Positions 62,499 through 64,000 of a stretch of 64,000 nucleotides of DNA are shown piece by piece (position 1 is the first letter of the stretch; each line of letters opens with the position of its first letter). Made by a program: the position numbers and the translations under genes. This DNA is from Myxococcota bacterium (GTDB lineage: Bacteria; Myxococcota_A; UBA796; GCA-2862545). Location: the NCBI GenBank assembly GCA_041389545.1, contig JAWKRQ010000039.1, positions 1 through 64,000 on the forward strand. The letters are read 5' to 3'. The notes beneath the pieces are model-generated. The model did not search any database. It had not been told where the DNA came from and saw only the letters and a list, made by a program, of their open reading frames with translations.

Positions 62499-63563
62499 CT
62501 AGAAGCGGGCGGCGAGGGCCGCGGTGACCGAGGTGCGGGCGGGCTGGGCGCGGAGCGCGCCGCCGGGGTCGGCGAGCAGGACGGGCAGCCGGTTGGCGAG
62601 GCCGAGCGACAGGTCGAGCCGCTCGGTGGCGGACCAGCCGGCCTGCACCGACCAGGGGACGGCGACGCGGACGGGGTTCGCCGAGGCGTCGACCGCGACG
62701 GCGCCGCTCAGCGCCGCGACCTCGGCGGCGGGGTCGGCCGCGGCGCGGCTGTAGGCCAGCCCCGCGGCGACGGACGTGAACAGGCGCTCGGGCGCGCCGG
62801 GGAGCAGGGCCTGCGGGTCCACCCAGGCGACCGAGGCGCTGCCCGACAGCGTCGTGTTGGGGCTGCCCCAGCGGGCGCCGTCCCACGGCGTCGGCGCGAC
62901 GGCGCCGGTGAGCGTGGGCACGGCGGCCTGGCCCTGCAGCGGCGGCGCGCAGCGCCCGACCGGGGCGGCGCGGTTCGCGTAGACGGGGCGGCTGCCCGAC
63001 ACGCCCAGCTGGACGGTGCTGCGCCCCGCCGGCAGCCCGAACGTGGCGCCCGCGCCCGGGGCGGCCACCAGCGGGTTGCAGACGAGGGCGTCGCGAGAGG
63101 CGGGCAGCACGGCGTCGACCCGCAGCGACAGCCACGGGACGCGCGCGGTGGCGCGGCCGGGCTGCAGGGCCAGGTCGGCGGCGTCGGTGGCGGCGCCGGC
63201 GGGCGGGTCGCCGAGCCAGAAGCGCCGCTGCAGGGCGACGGTGGCGTCGGAGGAGCCGAGGAGCTCGCTGCCGAGCCAGCCGGGGCCGGCGCCGTCGCCG
63301 CAGACGTCGCAGAACGCCTGGTCGCGCCAGACGGCCCAGGTGGCGACCAGCGCGGTGTCGTGGGGCAGCGTGGCCTGCAGCGCGCCCTGGAGGCCCACGC
63401 GCAGGCGCGGGTCCCAGACGGGCGGAGCGGACGCGGCGCCGGAGAGGGTCGGGACCTCGGCGGCGCCGGCGTGCAGGCCGGGGACGAACGTGGTGGCGGC
63501 GGTGAGCTGGCCGCCGACGCCGGCGGCGGCCGGCGGGGCGAGGGCGAGGGCGAGGGCGAGCAC
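62499..63563 (-). CDS. Putative outer-membrane beta-barrel protein
   Basis: Signal peptide MLALALALAPPAAAG. Alternating amphipathic beta-strand pattern. C-terminal ...TAALAARF ends in the Phe typical of OMPs. Confidence 0.5.
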   Translation of the reverse strand: MLALALALAPPAAAGVGGQLTAATTFVPGLHAGAAEVPTLSGAASAPPVWDPRLRVGLQGALQATLPHDTALVATWAVWRDQAFCDVCGDGAGPGWLGSELLGSSDATVALQRRFWLGDPPAGAATDAADLALQPGRATARVPWLSLRVDAVLPASRDALVCNPLVAAPGAGATFGLPAGRSTVQLGVSGSRPVYANRAAPVGRCAPPLQGQAAVPTLTGAVAPTPWDGARWGSPNTTLSGSASVAWVDPQALLPGAPERLFTSVAAGLAYSRAAADPAAEVAALSGAVAVDASANPVRVAVPWSVQAGWSATERLDLSLGLANRLPVLLADPGGALRAQPARTSVTAALAARF

Positions 63564-63654
63564 GGGTCCCCCGGTCGAGGTTCACCTGGGGGGTGGGCTG
63601 CGACCGGGGCGGGGTGAAGGTGGATCCGGCCGGGGGAAACTGCAGTGGCGCCAT

Positions 63655-64000
63655 TCCGTATTCATGGTCGTGTGCTCGGGCCGGGCGCCGGGCACCCGAA
63701 CGTGCGGACGGGAGCGATGGCGTCGAGCCGGAGTGACGTTCGCCCGCCCGCCGCTCGGCCCTGCGCGCACTCCAGCCCCACGCGCGAGAGGCTCGGCACG
63801 GCCGCTCCGGCGCGTGCTGGATTCATGGCGTGTGCTCGGCCGGGCGCCGGGCACGCGTGTTCATGGGAGTGTGCTCGGGCCGGGCGCCGGGCACCCGAAC
63901 GTGCGGACGGGAGCGATGGCGGCGAGCTGGAGTGACGTTCGCCCGCCCGCCGCCCGGCCCTGCGCGCACTCCAGCGCGTATTCATGGGAGTGTGCTCGGG
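63655..64000. repeat. Complex tandem repeat (unit about 115-195 bp with a recurring core TTCATGG-N3-GTGTGCTCGGGCCGGGCGCCGGGCAC) upstream of the OMP-metalloprotease operon; it runs to the window end
   Basis: Two near-identical copies of about 115 bp (63660..63778 and 63855..63969) plus two extra copies of the roughly 35-bp core at about 63821 and about 63970. The variable segments are not unique spacers. Confidence 0.7.

Noticed and set aside
63655-64000. A CRISPR array at the window end
   Set aside because: The repeated units are long (about 115 bp) and the segments between the roughly 35-bp cores are themselves duplicated rather than unique spacers. There are no cas genes nearby. I call it a tandem repeat.

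Overview
The window is about 72% GC and is almost certainly Myxococcales chromosome. Four proteins end in MYXO-CTERM-type tails (Cys, hydrophobic helix, RRRR). There are two eukaryotic-like Ser/Thr kinases, a tandem-BRCT protein, a flotillin/NfeD pair and a wHTH-STAND-TPR regulator. About 48 protein genes can be called; I found no rRNA, tRNA, CRISPR array or transposase. The long R/A/G/P-rich ORFs in the six-frame track (for example 4246..9135, 4893..8297, 27103..32067, 52878..57941) are alternate-frame artefacts of the GC content. Points worth a second look: (1) A 1755-aa protein (9114..14380, minus strand) has an N-terminal beta-rich domain, a long coiled coil and a C-terminal MoxR/ChlI-class AAA+ module. 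It converges on a Bat-like vWA gene set (2657..9135) that begins with a PilZ-TM-vWA fusion. I treat this as a candidate non-canonical vWA/MoxR NTP-dependent system. (2) A 1.5 kb gene-free, repeat-rich region (17590..19100) holds a roughly 1.1 kb element bounded by roughly 135-bp terminal inverted repeats, a 20-bp perfect palindrome inside tandem 25-bp repeats, and a (GGCAAG)~11 microsatellite directly upstream of a lipoprotein gene. (3) Three lipoproteins or secreted proteins carry (Asp-Ala)n linkers encoded by GACGCC hexamer tracts. (4) Many apparent frameshifts cluster in particular genes while neighbouring long genes are intact. (5) Direct and tandem repeats occupy two operon upstream regions (14440..14650 and 63655..64000). 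I could not run similarity searches, so all domain calls come from motif recognition and coordinates may be off by a few nucleotides. Housekeeping calls include ribA, an FadD-like acyl-CoA ligase, an M1-like peptidase, an ABC-2 exporter and a TetR-TolC-MFP-RND efflux operon.
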